Counted from the whole stretch's first letter, positions 50,090-62,873 are shown. The stretch is 62,873 bases of DNA, filler included, from Octopus bimaculoides (GCF_001194135.2; 6 parts of 5 records of this genome joined end to end with filler, not necessarily neighbours in it), one strand, 5' to 3'. The notes: generated by a model not told the origin, from the sequence alone. Made by a program: numbers and translations.

Positions 50090-50168
50090 CAGAGAGTTCA
50101 AAAAGTCTTTCCGCAGTAAGTATTGGATTGCACAATATTCACTGCGGAGAGATTTTTTGAACACCCTA
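50090..50168. mobile_element. 79-bp Tc1/mariner-type mini-MITE
   Basis: TA|CAGAGAGTTCAAAAAGTCTTTCCGCAGT … ACTGCGGAGAGATTTTTTGAACACCCTA|TA; 28-bp terminal inverted repeats. Confidence 0.75.
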
Positions 50169-50531
50169 TATGTGTGTGTGTGTGTGTGTGTATTGTCTAT
50201 ATGTGTGTGTTTGTATATATAAGTAAGCAAGCGTGTGCATGCATATAAGCGTATATACAAATAATCTTGTGTTTATGATAGAAAGAAAGGAGTACATTAA
50301 TAAATAACGTGGAAAATGTACATTTACAAACAGCGATTTACAACTGTGTGTTCATTTAAGACGAGTAGAGAAGTTTTAAAATGTTTGTTTGAAAAACTTT
50401 GTGAGAAAAAAATGTGTAGTTTCCGTGTATTTCTCTGATATTTAATTTTGAAAATTGCATTAAGATATACACATATATATATAGAAAGAACGACAGGATA
50501 TACAGATTATATATACAGTATATATATATAT

Positions 50532-50570
<39 letters not shown>

Positions 50571-50598
50571 AACATACAGACATATATATGCACACACA

Positions 50599-50637
<39 letters not shown>

Positions 50638-50855
50638 GCAATTTCTTCCGTTCTTTCTTTCTTTACTTTCAGCTCATATACAAATGCATACGCAGATACG
50701 CAGTATTCATATGTAATATTGTCTGAAGTCTAATAAACAAATATTTAGGCCCAAATTTACAGCTGAACACATGTGTATACCAGAAGGGAAATAGACAGAG
50801 TTTGTGTGGCAGAGTGTGGTATGTATGTATACATACGGACTTACATACATACGTG

Positions 50856-50925
<70 letters not shown>

Positions 50926-51743
50926 GAGACAGAGGGAGAGAGAGTGATGTATATATGTATGTGTATATACATATATTTCATGCGAACGACAATGCGCAGA
51001 CACACGTATATACGCCTGAATATTCTAAATCATTTCTCTTTTAGATCTCCATATGCATATGTGCACACACACACACACACATATGTATATGTATGCATGT
51101 ACGTATGTATGTATACATATATGTATATATGTGTGTATATATATATATATATATGTGTATATATATTTATATATATAAATATGAATATAAATACATATAT
51201 GTACATAAATAAATATAGCTATATCGTTCATCTGTTTATATGCATACATACATTTCTACCTACCTATCTATCCATCTATCTGTTTGTCTGTCTGTCTGTC
51301 TGCCTATCTATACATATATACGTACATATAATTATATATATATATATATATATATATAGATAGATAGATACACGCACACACACACAAACACAAACACACA
51401 CATACATTATGCGTATATATATATACACACACACATGTACATATGGGAAATAAAAACACTAAATATAGACTGCAATCTTGGAAAATTCAACTAGATTTTG
51501 TTTACATTTTGCATTGAAATTTTCACACTTCAGTGAATCCTGTGTGTTCGGGAAGAGAAAAAAAACCTTACAAAACAAAGCAAAACATATTTTTAATGCT
51601 TGCTGGAAAAATCTATAACCTGTGTGTGAATGAATTGAAGAAATTATTTTCTGCTAACATATCGAATATTGGGTGTTGGCTGTTCCTCTAGTTAAGTTGT
51701 TAGTGTCCTTATATTGCTACACATCGTCGACAACAGATCTAAC

Positions 51744-51795
51744 CAGTTGGTTCTTCTACTGCGTCTGAGGCTGCGACAGGAAAAAAATCTGCCAT
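51744..51795 (-). CDS. Candidate ATG-containing exon (exon 51744-51817), peptide MADFFPVAASDAVEEPT(G)
   Basis: Acceptor CTATCTTCCTTAG| at 51817, start context AAAAT-ATG-G, donor ACTG|GTTAGA (phase 1). Unique, CpG-retaining sequence; no homology recognised. Confidence 0.25.
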
Positions 51796-51865
51796 ATTTT
51801 ATACAGACGTTGTTGCGCTAAGGAAGATAGGCAGACGGTAATGACGCCTGTGTGTAGATAATATG

Positions 51866-52166
51866 CAGGGTTGGCGAAAAGTCACCTGACAGTAAATCAA
51901 AACAATTTAATTCCAAGATTTATATAAATTTATATATGTTTAACGACTGAATGAATTTAATAAAAGAATCTAAATATGAAACTTCATGAAAATTGTTCAA
52001 ACTCAAGTCCTTCAGTGACACATTTTTTCCATTCGAGCCAATGGAGAATTACAGATATTTTTTATGGAATTTTGATTTACTGTCGGGTGACTTTGGGCCA
52101 ACTCTGTATATATATAGGGTTGGCCAAAAGTCAGTTGACAGTAAATCCAAATCATTTAATTCCAAG
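51866..52166. mobile_element. Tc1/mariner-type MITE (51866-52106) plus the 5' end of a second copy (52115-52166)
   Basis: CAGGGTTGGCGAAAAGTCACCTGACAGTAAATCAAAA vs TTTTGATTTACTGTCGGGTGACTTTGGGCCAACTCTG|TA. Confidence 0.8.
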
Positions 52167-52365
52167 CGACAATGCAACTGCCATTTCATCAGAGTAATCG
52201 CAGCCTGAGGATTAGTTATGTTGAGTATAGCTCATTGCATAACTATTACATCCGGAATTTCAGCTAAGATATATATACTTTCCGTATTCCCGAGCGTCAT
52301 ACTAATATATACTTTTGTTATTTACACCACCTGTCCTCGTCTGTTGTTATTATTTGTGTAGACGG

Positions 52366-52398
<33 letters not shown>

Positions 52399-52809
52399 NN
52401 NNNNNNNNNNNNNNNNNNNNNNNNNNNNNNNNNNNNNNNNNNNNNNNNNNNNNNNNNNNNNNNNNNNNNNNNNNNNNNNNNNNNNNNNNNNNNNNNNNNN
52501 NNNNNNNNNNNNNNNNNNNNNNNNNNNNNNNNNNNNNNNNNNNNNNNNNNNNNNNNNNNNNNNNNNNNNNNNNNNNNNNNNNNNNNNNNNNNNNNNNNNN
52601 NNNNNNNNNNNNNNNNNNNNNNNNNNNNNNNNNNNNNNNNNNNNNNNNNNNNNNNNNNNNNNNNNNNNNNNNNNNNNNNNNNNNNNNNNNNNNNNNNNNN
52701 NNNNNNNNNNNNNNNNNNNNNNNNNNNNNNNNNNNNNNNNNNNNNNNNNNNNNNNNNNNNNNNNNNNNNNNNNNNNNNNNNNNNNNNNNNNNNNNNNNNN
52801 NNNNNNNNN

Positions 52810-52843
<34 letters not shown>

Positions 52844-53576
52844 GCACAAGATGGACATGATCGGTTTGCCTCTGAGGATATGTCTGCCATATCAGAACAG
52901 GATCATGATTAAACAACAACAACAACAACAAAAGCAGCAGCAGCTGTATTATTACTATTAGTTGTAGTAGTAGCAGCAATAGCAATTATTAATAGTTATA
53001 TCTTGCTCCATCTTTTACTCATATTTGTAATTCCCAGCTTCTTCACGATTCCACAATTTTCTTCACCTCTCCGTTTTCTCTTCACATTCGCACATTGTTC
53101 TGTGTAAGCTGTGAGATAAAATGTTTGTTTTACGTATCGCCGTACGTGGCTAATAATAAAACTAAATGCAACATAATTAATCTTGTAGAATAGAGAAGAG
53201 CAGAGAATAGCGGAGCAGAAGTAATGAGTATATCGGCTACCTAAAACATGTATTACTTGAAAGAAAAACGAAAAAAAAAATGTAATGAAAACGATGATGT
53301 AGTCGTGCTTGAGTGTGTTAATTAAAAATTTAAATTTTAAAAGCAGTGATAAGAAAATAGTTTGAGATTATAAGAATTTTTTTTTTCACTGTGAATCAAA
53401 CGCTGAGAAACTTGCAGAAGGTGTGAGAATTCAAGAAGAAATAAGCACCATGGAAAATAAATGGCTAACATCAAAATGTTAAAACAAAAATCATTTAGCA
53501 AAAATAATAATAATAAAAAAAAAAGAATGAAAAGCAAGTAATTTCGAGAAGGGGGAAAGAAAGATAATAAAGAAGA

Positions 53577-53617
<41 letters not shown>

Positions 53618-54204
53618 AAAATGACTAGATTTCATTTTTACGAGTGACTACAGTGTTACGTCGTGCTAATTTCCTTCTAAATTATTTGTCGAAATCAATA
53701 CTGCGTAATTTTTATTTACGTTGCGTTTTTTTTTGTATAGATTGTTGTTTTTAGTATGAATTTCCTTTTAAATTAGTAGTGATATTAAATTGATATTAGC
53801 AGCGCGGTTGTCATTGATGTGCTTAGATGTTAATTAGAGCTAACAGACTTGCTCATCAATCGGCATTTTCATTTGTAACCTCGTTGCCGTATGGGAACTT
53901 AGATTTAAGTACTTTAGTATAGTTGTTCACGAAAAAATTTCCGCCATATAATCCATGTTTTCCATCCTCTCTCGTTTTCGTTTTCTTCTCTACCAAATTT
54001 GAATATTTGATAGAAATTATTTCTCTAATTTCTGTACTCAACAGAGAATATTTAGCAATCGTGTAAAAGTGATTAAGTTAATAATTTAGAAACACGGTGT
54101 TAAGATGATAACAGAAACGACATTATTTAGTCATTTGACGTATAAACTATCCAACATTCTATAAACCTCGTGCATGCACGCAAGCGCGCCACATAAGTAC
54201 ACAT

Positions 54205-54349
54205 AGGCGTAGGAGTGGCTGTGTGGTAAGTAGCTTGCTCACCATTCACATGGTTCCGGGTTCACTCCCACTGCGTGGCACCTCGGGCCGACCAAAGCCT
54301 TGTGAGTGGATTTGGTAGACGGAAACTGAAAGAAGCCCGTCGTATATAT

Positions 54350-54385
<36 letters not shown>

Positions 54386-54440
54386 ATGTCTGTATTTATC
54401 TCCCCCAACATCGCTTGACAACAGATGCTGGGGTATTTAG
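54205..54440 (+). mobile_element. SINE family B, internally deleted
   Basis: GGCGTAGGAGTGGCTGTGTGGTAAGTAGCTTGC…GGAAACTGAAAGAAGCCCGTCG. Confidence 0.85.
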
Positions 54441-54781
54441 CGATCTATCATGGCGGGTGCCAGATAGAGGGGTCACACAGGAGAGCTAGGAAGAAGGGGA
54501 GATAATAAAGTAGCGGTGATCCCAAAATGAAGGTGCGCGTGCGTATGTATAAGAGGGCATGTATGTGCGTGTGGAAGACGGCTAGTGACCTTGACGTGTG
54601 CGTGTGTGTATATATAAACATACACACACGCACACACACACACATATATATATGGTAAATGAAAGACGGAAGATGGAATGCACGAGAATTTATTAATTTT
54701 ATATTATATATATTTATATATATATTATCTATATATATATATACATACATATATATAAATATATATATACATACATATATG

Positions 54782-54826
<45 letters not shown>

Positions 54827-55787
54827 CATATAGATACAGATACATGTGTGCGTGTGCGTGTGCGAGCGTGAGCAATTCTGAAAATAACATCATAAAAACA
54901 GTTAAAAATCCCTTCAAAAACGATTCTTTTATCGGGTCTGAATCTCAGAAACTAAGAGAATTAAAACCCTAAAAAATGAAAAGATTTTAAATATACAAGA
55001 ATCTTGGCAAGAAATTGCGATCCAAATTCAAAGCGATAGATTTTTGTAAGATACACATCGNNNNNNNNNNNNNNNNNNNNNNNNNNNNNNNNNNNNNNNN
55101 NNNNTTAATTAATTAANNNNNNNNNNNNNNNNNNNNNNNNNNNNNNNNNNNNNNNNNNNNTATATATATACATGTATGTACATATGTTAGTGTCTACGTA
55201 TAAATGCATAATGTGTGTGTGTGTGTACTGCATAGGTATGGATTGTAGACAACATGTATAATATCTTCGAATAAGAAAAAGAATAGCTCTACGTTCTTCA
55301 GCAACTGTGCACTATCCTTAACTAACCACGAACACACTGCTTTTAATCCCGCTCGTAATTTGGTTTAAAGTAAACTGAATACACCAGATGGCATACATAA
55401 TTGTTTTCTAGAGAGTTATATCGAATATTAAATTACTAGCGTGATAGCAGTGTTTCGTTTTATTACTATTATGTACTAGAGGATATAGTTATAATTATAT
55501 AAGCCAACATTATGTATTACAACGACTATAAACAATCAACGCCATTACAATTTTATATAATTGTGTACTAATATATGAATGTTTAATATGTAGAGCATTG
55601 AACAAAATGCTTTACCGTTTGTAGTCACGGCTTTTTATGATATGCGTTTAAATCATGCTAGCGTCCACTTTACCTTATGTCCTTCATGTGGTCGATAAAA
55701 TAAAATACCCGTCCCTGTAAAGCAGGAAATGTGCGCTCTTGTTCCAATGGTTGAGATCAATAATATTAATAATATAACACCCATATG

Positions 55788-55845
<58 letters not shown>

Positions 55846-55909
55846 TATATATATATTAATATACACACATACATTTATGTATGTATGTATGTATGTATAT
55901 ATGCATGTA

Positions 55910-55958
<49 letters not shown>

Positions 55959-56191
55959 TGCTTAGACGTGGGACAGTGGCTATGGTCCCTTTCTTTCTCA
56001 GGTCTTCTCTGATTAGAGAAATGAAAAAAATTATCCTCAGCTCTGAGAACGGGTCTGATTGTTGGCGTTAGAGTGGACATCGCTAGAATACACCCAAGAT
56101 CTATGTGACGCGGTTAAACTGTGCAGCTTGTGTGTATGTATATCCATGTTTATGAGATTTAAACAATTCAGACATGACAGGACCGGTTTAA

Positions 56192-56280
<89 letters not shown>

Positions 56281-56298
56281 TTATTATTATTATTATTT
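56192..56298. repeat. (TTA)n microsatellite; (GTA)n also at about 57172-57238
   Basis: Direct reading; this explains the poly-Leu ORF. Confidence 0.95.
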
Positions 56299-57063
56299 TA
56301 CACTCAGCATATCGGATGTTGCCGGAATTACCGGTATCATGTGTCCGATCCTTGTTATAACTGTGCGTATGTGTTTCTTTTTATATATCATCGTGTAGAA
56401 ACATCGATTACAGTTGTGCAAGGCCGGATTCTTATTTGCATCTTATTACATGTGTTTGCTCATTGATTAATAATATTTTTAGATGTGCTTCCTTGTTTTG
56501 ATTAAATTTATGCTATGTTTAGTTCCTGGCAATGAACTAACAACTTGTAAAGGCCGTGCAGAACATAAATGTTTATTACATGCGACATTAATGTGGGTGA
56601 AATCGTATCTAATGATTAAAGCATTAAGCAGTAGCCAATATATATATATACATATACAATTAAGCAACAACAAAAAAGACACAATATTAGTCGATATCTA
56701 ATATCATTATCTTCCTTTTCATCGTTTTTGTTTTCATCTGCATCTACGGAAGACAACTCTGAAAGAATTTTGTTTTTCTTTTAGCCCGAGTAAAATGTAG
56801 TCCTTTCGTCTCTCCGTAGCTTACCAATTTATTAACAAAGGACTCGTTAAATTAGCATACTAAATCGCAAATTTTTTGCAATACTGTTTTTGTTGTTGTT
56901 TGGCCCGAGGATGTACCTGATGAGAGGTATTTTTGTGCGACCATTTCGTTTCTTTTGTATACTACAAGCTACAGTGTATCCAATGTAACGCTCTTTTTTG
57001 CAAGAAGCAGAACCCTATTGGAAGCATATTTGAACGCTATTTCTGATAAGCCGGACGACAGCG

Positions 57064-57153
57064 TACGAGAGGGGGATAAAAAGTTCCTGGCTTTGGGTAA
57101 AAGAAAATACAGGAGGATCACTTAATTATGATTTTATCCAATATATTACCCTC
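57064..57153 (+). mobile_element. Mariner-like terminal fragment
   Basis: TACGAGAGGGGGATAAAAAGTTCCTGGCT resembles the TA|CGAGGG…AAAAAGTTCC ends of mariner-derived MITEs. Confidence 0.45.
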
Positions 57154-57169
57154 CGCGTGTGTGTGTGTA

Positions 57170-57238
<69 letters not shown>

Positions 57239-57386
57239 ACACAGCTCTGTTATCAAAGCCGAAGCAATAATTTCACTAATTTCTAGTTGCAGATTTATAA
57301 TCTCATGAGGCTAACAAATATCTCAACGAGATATATGAAGAAAGAGAAAGACAGAGAGAGAGAAACAGAGAGAGATAGAGAGATAA

Positions 57387-57421
<35 letters not shown>

Positions 57422-57779
57422 GGGACAGGGAGAGAGACAAAGAGCTATATACATATATATATATATATANNNNNNNNNNNNNNNNNNNNNNNNNNNNNNN
57501 NNNNNNNNNNNNNTTAATTAATTAANNNNNNNNNNNNNNNNNNNNNNNNNNNNNNNNNNNNNNNNNNNNATATATATATATATATATATATATATAACTA
57601 GAGTAAGCATATAAATGCGAAACATGGTGGAAAAAATAGTACTCGAATACCAGAGGTACAGTAATATGCTTTATTAAAAAGCATCAAAAATATCACAAAA
57701 CCTGTTATTCGGAGTTTTACGTTCCCGTTAGTGGCATAGTTTTGTGAAGAGGGTTGCTAGAAACCCAGCAAGATTAAAA

Positions 57780-59844
57780 ACAAGACTTGTTGAAAGGTCG
57801 GATGAACCTAGTGCAGGCTCAACGGCTATCTAGCAGTAACCCGTGTACGCAGAAATTCCGGGATGGTGTCCGGCGTGTTGTAAGACAACTGGGAGTGTGG
57901 CACCCATGAAGCTTCATGTTTGTAGGAGAAGGTCGTTCTAAAATGAAAGCAGGTATGCAGGGAATGCCATTGGACACATTTCGGGGAAATGGAGGCAGAA
58001 AGGGGAGCGCAGAAAAGATGGTGTTGGTTTTGCAGTTCGATCTCATCCTTAAGAACTTAGAGGAGCTTCCTGTTCCTATAAATGAACGTGTAATGACTCT
58101 ATGATTTCACCTGAAAGGTAGGCGGTTTGCTACTTTAAAAAGTGCCTATATAGCTGCGCTGAAGATACAAATATTTTTTATACCCAGCTGAGAGCCATAC
58201 TTCTGAAAATTCCTAATTCTGATCATGTCGTTCTACTGGAGGATTTCAGTGCCAGAGTTGGAACTGACTGGCAAACACGGAACTCTCTAGGACGTTTTGG
58301 AGTATGGAACATGAGTAGTAATGGTCTCATGCTGCTGTATGTAACATAGCAAGCACTCCTTTTATACACAAAGGTGATCACACGACAACGCGGATGCATC
58401 CAAAGTTTAAAGTTTGGCACTTGCTGGATTATGTCATTATCTGCAAGCGTGACATCTACGACATTTGTAATGTCAAGTCTTTTCAAGGATCGGAATGCTA
58501 GACAGATCATAGTCTGGTGCGAGCAAACTTCCAGATGATGATTAGAGTAGAAGAGAGGAGAGGGCCAGTCAGCATTCCCCGGCGTCTGAATGTCCACGAG
58601 ATATATAATGCTGTGTTGAAGAAAGAGCTTCTGACTTGCTTACTGCAGCATGGGAAAACTTTCTGTTGGGCAGGGAAATCTAGTACTTGCCCACTATAGC
58701 AGTGTAAAATCACTACTGCAGTGATCTCTCAATTTCAAGAAGATGCAGAACACTTGGTGGAAGGATCTTGCTCGTGATGTTCAGGCTACTGCTGATGCAA
58801 ATGTCAGCATGAAGCTTTACCATATTATGAAGCAAGTTTATGGGCCTAAGAGCTCCACATCAGCTCCTTTGCTTTTTAATGAGTTTTCCACTCTATTTAC
58901 TAAATCAACAGAAATTGCAGGTCGCTGGATCGAACACTTCTCTGAACTTCGAAACTCATAGGTCAGTTGTGGATGAAATAGTGAAAGACCTATCACTGGC
59001 TCCTTAAATTCCACGCCCTCAGTAGATGAAGTAATGGCATCAATAAGTAAATTGAATCTTGGTATGATATCTGGAAATGATGGAATTTGTACTGGTTTTG
59101 CGATTTGGTGGTGATTACATCATACAGTCCCTGCATATGCAATGTGGAGGGATGGTGCAATACCTAAGGATTGGAAGGACGCAATTATTCTTCCTCACTA
59201 TAAAGGAAAAAGAGCAAGAACATTAAGTGGTAACTATAGAGGTATTGCTCTACTATTAGCTGCTGGCAAGGTTCTGGAAAATATTATTACCTGCTTGATT
59301 AGGTGCCTACTAAATGATGTCCTTGTCCATTGATTTAACGAAGGCCTTTGATACTGTAAGTAAGACTTTTCGATGGAAAAGACTTGGCAAGCTTGGATGT
59401 CCAGATTACTTTGTATCTATAATTAAATCATTTTACGATGGGATGGATGCTCAAGACAATCTTAGTGGAGGCATGGCAGGACACATTCCTGTAGAGAATG
59501 GTGTCAAGCAAGCTGACATCCTTACACCAAATCTCTTTCTTTGTACTTTGCTGCAGCTTTTACTCATGCTTTTACTAAGGTTAGCTCTCTGGGAATATAT
59601 GTCAGTTATCGATCTTCTGGCCGCCTCCTTAATCTGCACCGATTTGCTGCCAATTCAAAAGTTTTTTAGTCTCTTATTCGTGACCTCCTTTATGCAGATG
59701 ACTGTGACTTAGTCACTCATACAGTGGATGACATGCAAATACTCATGAATCGTATTTCTGCCTCTTGCAAGGATTTTGGACTCAGCATTAGCCTGGATGA
59801 GACTGTTGTAATGTTTCAGCCTGCAACAGGAAATCCATATGTGG
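57780..59844 (+). mobile_element. RTE-clade (BovB-like) LINE, APE endonuclease plus RT, decayed and running into a gap
   Basis: DGVGFAVRSH…LPVPINERVMTL; VLLEDFSARVG; WMHP…WHLLDYVI; DHSLVRA; WRDGAIPKDWKDAIILPHYKGK…GNYRGIALL; IDLTKAFDTV; GVKQADIL.P.LF; LLYADDCDLV. Confidence 0.92.
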
Positions 59845-59944
59845 NNNNNNNNNNNNNNNNNNNNNNNNNNNNNNNNNNNNNNNNNNNNTTAATTAATTAA
59901 NNNNNNNNNNNNNNNNNNNNNNNNNNNNNNNNNNNNNNNNNNNN

Positions 59945-60098
59945 CCGCTAAATTACGGAGACGTAAACACACCAGCATCGGCTGTCAAGTGATGTTGGGA
60001 CACACACAAACATATACATACACATGCATATATACAAACCGGGAACCATGTGGTTGGTAAGCAAGCTACTTACCACACAGCCACTCCTGCGCCTATGT
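59945..60098 (-). mobile_element. SINE family B, internally deleted
   Basis: The tail motif is joined directly to the head (…GGAACCATGTGGTTGGTAAGCAAGCTACTTACCACACAGCCACTCCTGCGCC). Confidence 0.85.
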
Positions 60099-60169
60099 AA
60101 GTCTGAGAGAAGCGTGGCATCGGACATCCATGGTAGTCTTTTTGTACCCTGCCACAATGTGTGGCATGC

Positions 60170-60802
60170 GCAGTTGTTGATAATTGGGAGAGGGGGCCAG
60201 TCGATTAGATCGACCCAGTACGCAACTGGTACTTAATTTATCGACCCCGAAAGGATGAAAGGCAAAGTCGACCTCAGCGGAATTTGAATTCAAAACGTAA
60301 AGACAAACGAAATACTGCGAAGTATTTCGCCCGGCATGCTAACGTATATGCCAGCTCGCCGCCTTAAGATTAAACAAATATTACTTTATGGACAGTGCGG
60401 AAATGTGCAAAAATAAAGTGGGGGAGGAGTTCCCTCAAGACCCCAATGGCCTTTTGTGTAATTCCAATCCCGGCCAACGGAGGGTTAATTTACCCACTTC
60501 CCTTCAACTTGCTGGCCTTGTGCCAAAATTTGAAACCACTGTTTAATGAAATTGTTGTTTAATCTACAACGAAATTGCTATTGTTTTCGTCATAATAATT
60601 ATTTCCAGTATAGACACAAGTCTGAAATTTTGGTAGAGGATGTAGGTTGATTACATCAACTCCAGTGCTCAACTAGTTCTTATTTTATCGGCCCCGAAAG
60701 ATACCCGGCAAAGTCAACCGTAGCGTGATTTTGAACATAAGCCAGAAAAAATGTCGTGAAGCACTTGTCCGGCGTGCTAATGATTCTGCCAGGTCGCCAT
60801 CT
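60170..60802 (-). mobile_element. SINE family A copies (60170-60366 well preserved; 60600-60802 older; plus-strand tail at about 60490-60545)
   Basis: CGACCCCGAAAGGATGAAAGGCAAAGTCGACCTC…GCCAGCTCGCCGCC. Confidence 0.85.
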
Positions 60803-61052
60803 TATGTTGTTGTTTAATATATAATGACTGTTGTTGTGGTTCTTGTTTTCTAATACACAAGGAAAATGTTATTGTTGTGCAATCGCATTATTGTCGTTGA
60901 TTAATAGCAAATGAAGTTTTTGTTACTATTGTTGACTTTAGTGCTTTATTCTTCTGAAAGTTGTACCTGTAACAAACTGGAGTTGATTTAACCCATCGTT
61001 TCTTCTTTTTATTTTTATTCTTATTTATTTATTTATTTATTTATTTATTTTC

Positions 61053-61262
61053 AGGCGGCAAGGACATCGTTAGCACATCGGACAAACTGCTTGGTAGCAA
61101 TTCAGATGTTACTTTCTGAGTTCAAATTCCGACAAAACCGACTTTGCCTTTCACCCCTTGTAGAGTCGATAAAAAAAAAGTACCAGTTGAGCACTGGGGT
61201 CAATGAAATCATCTAGCTCTTTTCACTCAAATGTTGGCCCTCGTGCCTATAGTAGAAAAAGT
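61053..61262 (+). mobile_element. SINE family A, older copy after an (ATTT)n tract
   Basis: TTCTGAGTTCAAATTCC…GACTTTGCCTTTCACCCC…GTCGATAAAA…GTACCAGTTGAGCACTGGGGTC. Confidence 0.8.
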
Positions 61263-61379
61263 TTCAAGCGTTTTTTCACTGAATACTTTTCCCCCACCCA
61301 CTCGCATGCATTAAAAATTATGTCATAAGAAAGTATGAAACATTCAAATATTTGTTCGCAGAACAAACAGCAGATTAGG

Positions 61380-61444
<65 letters not shown>

Positions 61445-62344
61445 AGTATAATGTTCTGTAAGTGCCATATTTCCTTGTCATAGATCTGGTGCCAACATGC
61501 GTTCAGCTTCGGTGATTCTAGTAAACTCACAGGGTCTCAAGTTGCCCACAATGACCTAAATATTGAATAGTAGTTGTTAAACTACATTGTCAAAATACAC
61601 TATTCTTTCTAAGCTGTGTGCGTGTGCGCGCAAACATTTTTCCAAGCGACGCATATAAATTTACGCACAAAAGATATTAACATTATACACAAAAGGTTAG
61701 TTGCTTAAAATAATGTAATAATTGATAATTATAGTTTTTATCAGAACTAATGTCAGCACCTTAGGCTGGCCCTACAATGTGCACACCCACTTCTCCCAAC
61801 CCTACATTACGCACCCCCTACACTATACCTCTTTCCCCAGATCTGTTTTTCAACAATTTCAGCCTCTTTACACAAGCTGAAAAATGCTGTTGAAAAATTA
61901 TAATTAATTCACGAAATCTGAACTGTTTCACGCCGAATCATATGACGGGTCATAACCCCATACGAAATTCTCGTCTCCTTCATTGTTGCTTTGCATCTTC
62001 CTTATTTCATGAATGACCTCACTTGCTCTCTTTATTACTAAGTTTTCATGTTTGTAGGTGGATTAAGAAATTTTGTGTAAGTTGTTTTAGAATGTGTGTG
62101 ACGTCCTTAGATGTCAGTGCCCTAGGCGATCACCTAGTAAATTGAGTGCATAGCGCTGCCGCCAGCCTTGCTTAATATAAACATTGAGTGCACCCTTACT
62201 CCTGTCGTACGAGATTAGTTTTGCAGAACATAAGATTTGATTTTGCTGATACTATCTCCATATTATATGTTGAGGCGAATATAAAATTATATTATATGGC
62301 TTCTCCTTTAGAGATTAAATACTGACGAAACATTAAATTCATTA

Positions 62345-62505
62345 AGGCAGCAAGCTGATAGAATCGATAACACGCTGGACAAAAATCCTTAGCGGTGTTT
62401 CTTCGGGCATGGCGTTCTGAGTTCAAATTCCACCGAGGTCTGCATTGTCTTTCTTCCTTTCGGGGTCGATAAAATAAGTATCAGTTGCACATTTGGGTCG
62501 ATATA
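62345..62505 (+). mobile_element. SINE family A, 3'-truncated at the Gypsy junction
   Basis: GTTCTGAGTTCAAATTCCACCGAGGTC…CCTTTCGGGGTCGATAAAATAAGTATCAGTTG. Confidence 0.85.
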
Positions 62506-62509
62506 ATTC

Positions 62510-62873
62510 TGTTAAAACTGTTTGGTGCTCGACAAGTTGAAGGCGATTCTAGTGGCTATTTTTCAGCTGCTTCAACAACAGTGTCGATTCCACCATTTAC
62601 TGCATTTGATTCAGCGACAGAACTATGGCCTGATTACTGGTCAAGATTCCGTACGTTTGTGGCTGCTAATGCTGTACCTGAAAAACGCATGGCACAAGTG
62701 TTCCTGACCAATCAGACTGCTACTGTTTACAAACAACTTGCTAATCTGGCTACCCAACAAAATCCGCCTAAAGATATCAACAACTTGATAATGGACGAAA
62801 TCGTTGACTTCATGAAGGAACAGTTCGACCCTAAACTTTTCATTGTGAGAGAGCGTTTCAAGTTTTGGAGTGA
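62510..62873 (+). mobile_element. Ty3/Gypsy (Mag/K02A2.6-like) gag N-terminus, open to the window end
   Basis: Stop-free frame from 62521: …SAASTTVSIPPFTAFDSATELWPDYWSRFRTFVAANAVPEKRMAQVFLTNQTATVYKQLANL…EIVDFMKEQFDPKLFIVRERFKFWS, the F..E.W..Y..RF…N…L…ERF.F gag pattern. It is absent from the ORF track because it has no ATG. Confidence 0.85.

Noticed and set aside
50673-50818. Strong-looking plus-strand acceptor and donor pair
   Set aside because: All three frames are closed, and both signals are formed by adjacent CT-rich and GTAT microsatellite sequence.
56059-56466. 135-aa ORF with a poly-Leu, signal-peptide-like stretch
   Set aside because: The poly-Leu is a (TTA)n microsatellite, with no other coding support.

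Overview
This 62.9 kb window is AT-rich eukaryotic genomic DNA from a gappy short-read scaffold, with about 25 N-runs, five of them 100-bp spacers carrying an artificial TTAATTAATTAA linker. The repeat content points to an octopod cephalopod (inference): three abundant SINE-like families, two with tRNA-type heads, and very dense TA/TG/GA/AAT microsatellites. Most ORFs in the supplied track are translations of microsatellites or N-runs. The recognisable protein-like sequence is almost all decayed transposable element. It includes a Tigger/pogo element with a foldback element nested inside it, a hAT transposase, a mariner, R4/Dong-like and HERO-like LINEs with restriction-like endonucleases, an RTE-clade LINE, a Penelope fragment and an intact Ty3/Gypsy gag start at the window edge. 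No known host gene could be named. Splice-phase-compatible minus-strand exon candidates at 8.7-9.8 kb would encode a protein ending in a GPI-signal-like tail, with weaker candidates at 16.3 kb and 51.7-56.8 kb. The most interesting observations are a degenerate Penelope-type minimal hammerhead ribozyme, a foldback element with a 6-bp target duplication and AG...CT ends, head-to-head SINE pairs able to form long dsRNA, and a GGGTAGATCT-anchored array with variable spacers. I did not find a convincing novel multi-gene system. All assignments come from reading the sequence by eye, without database searches.
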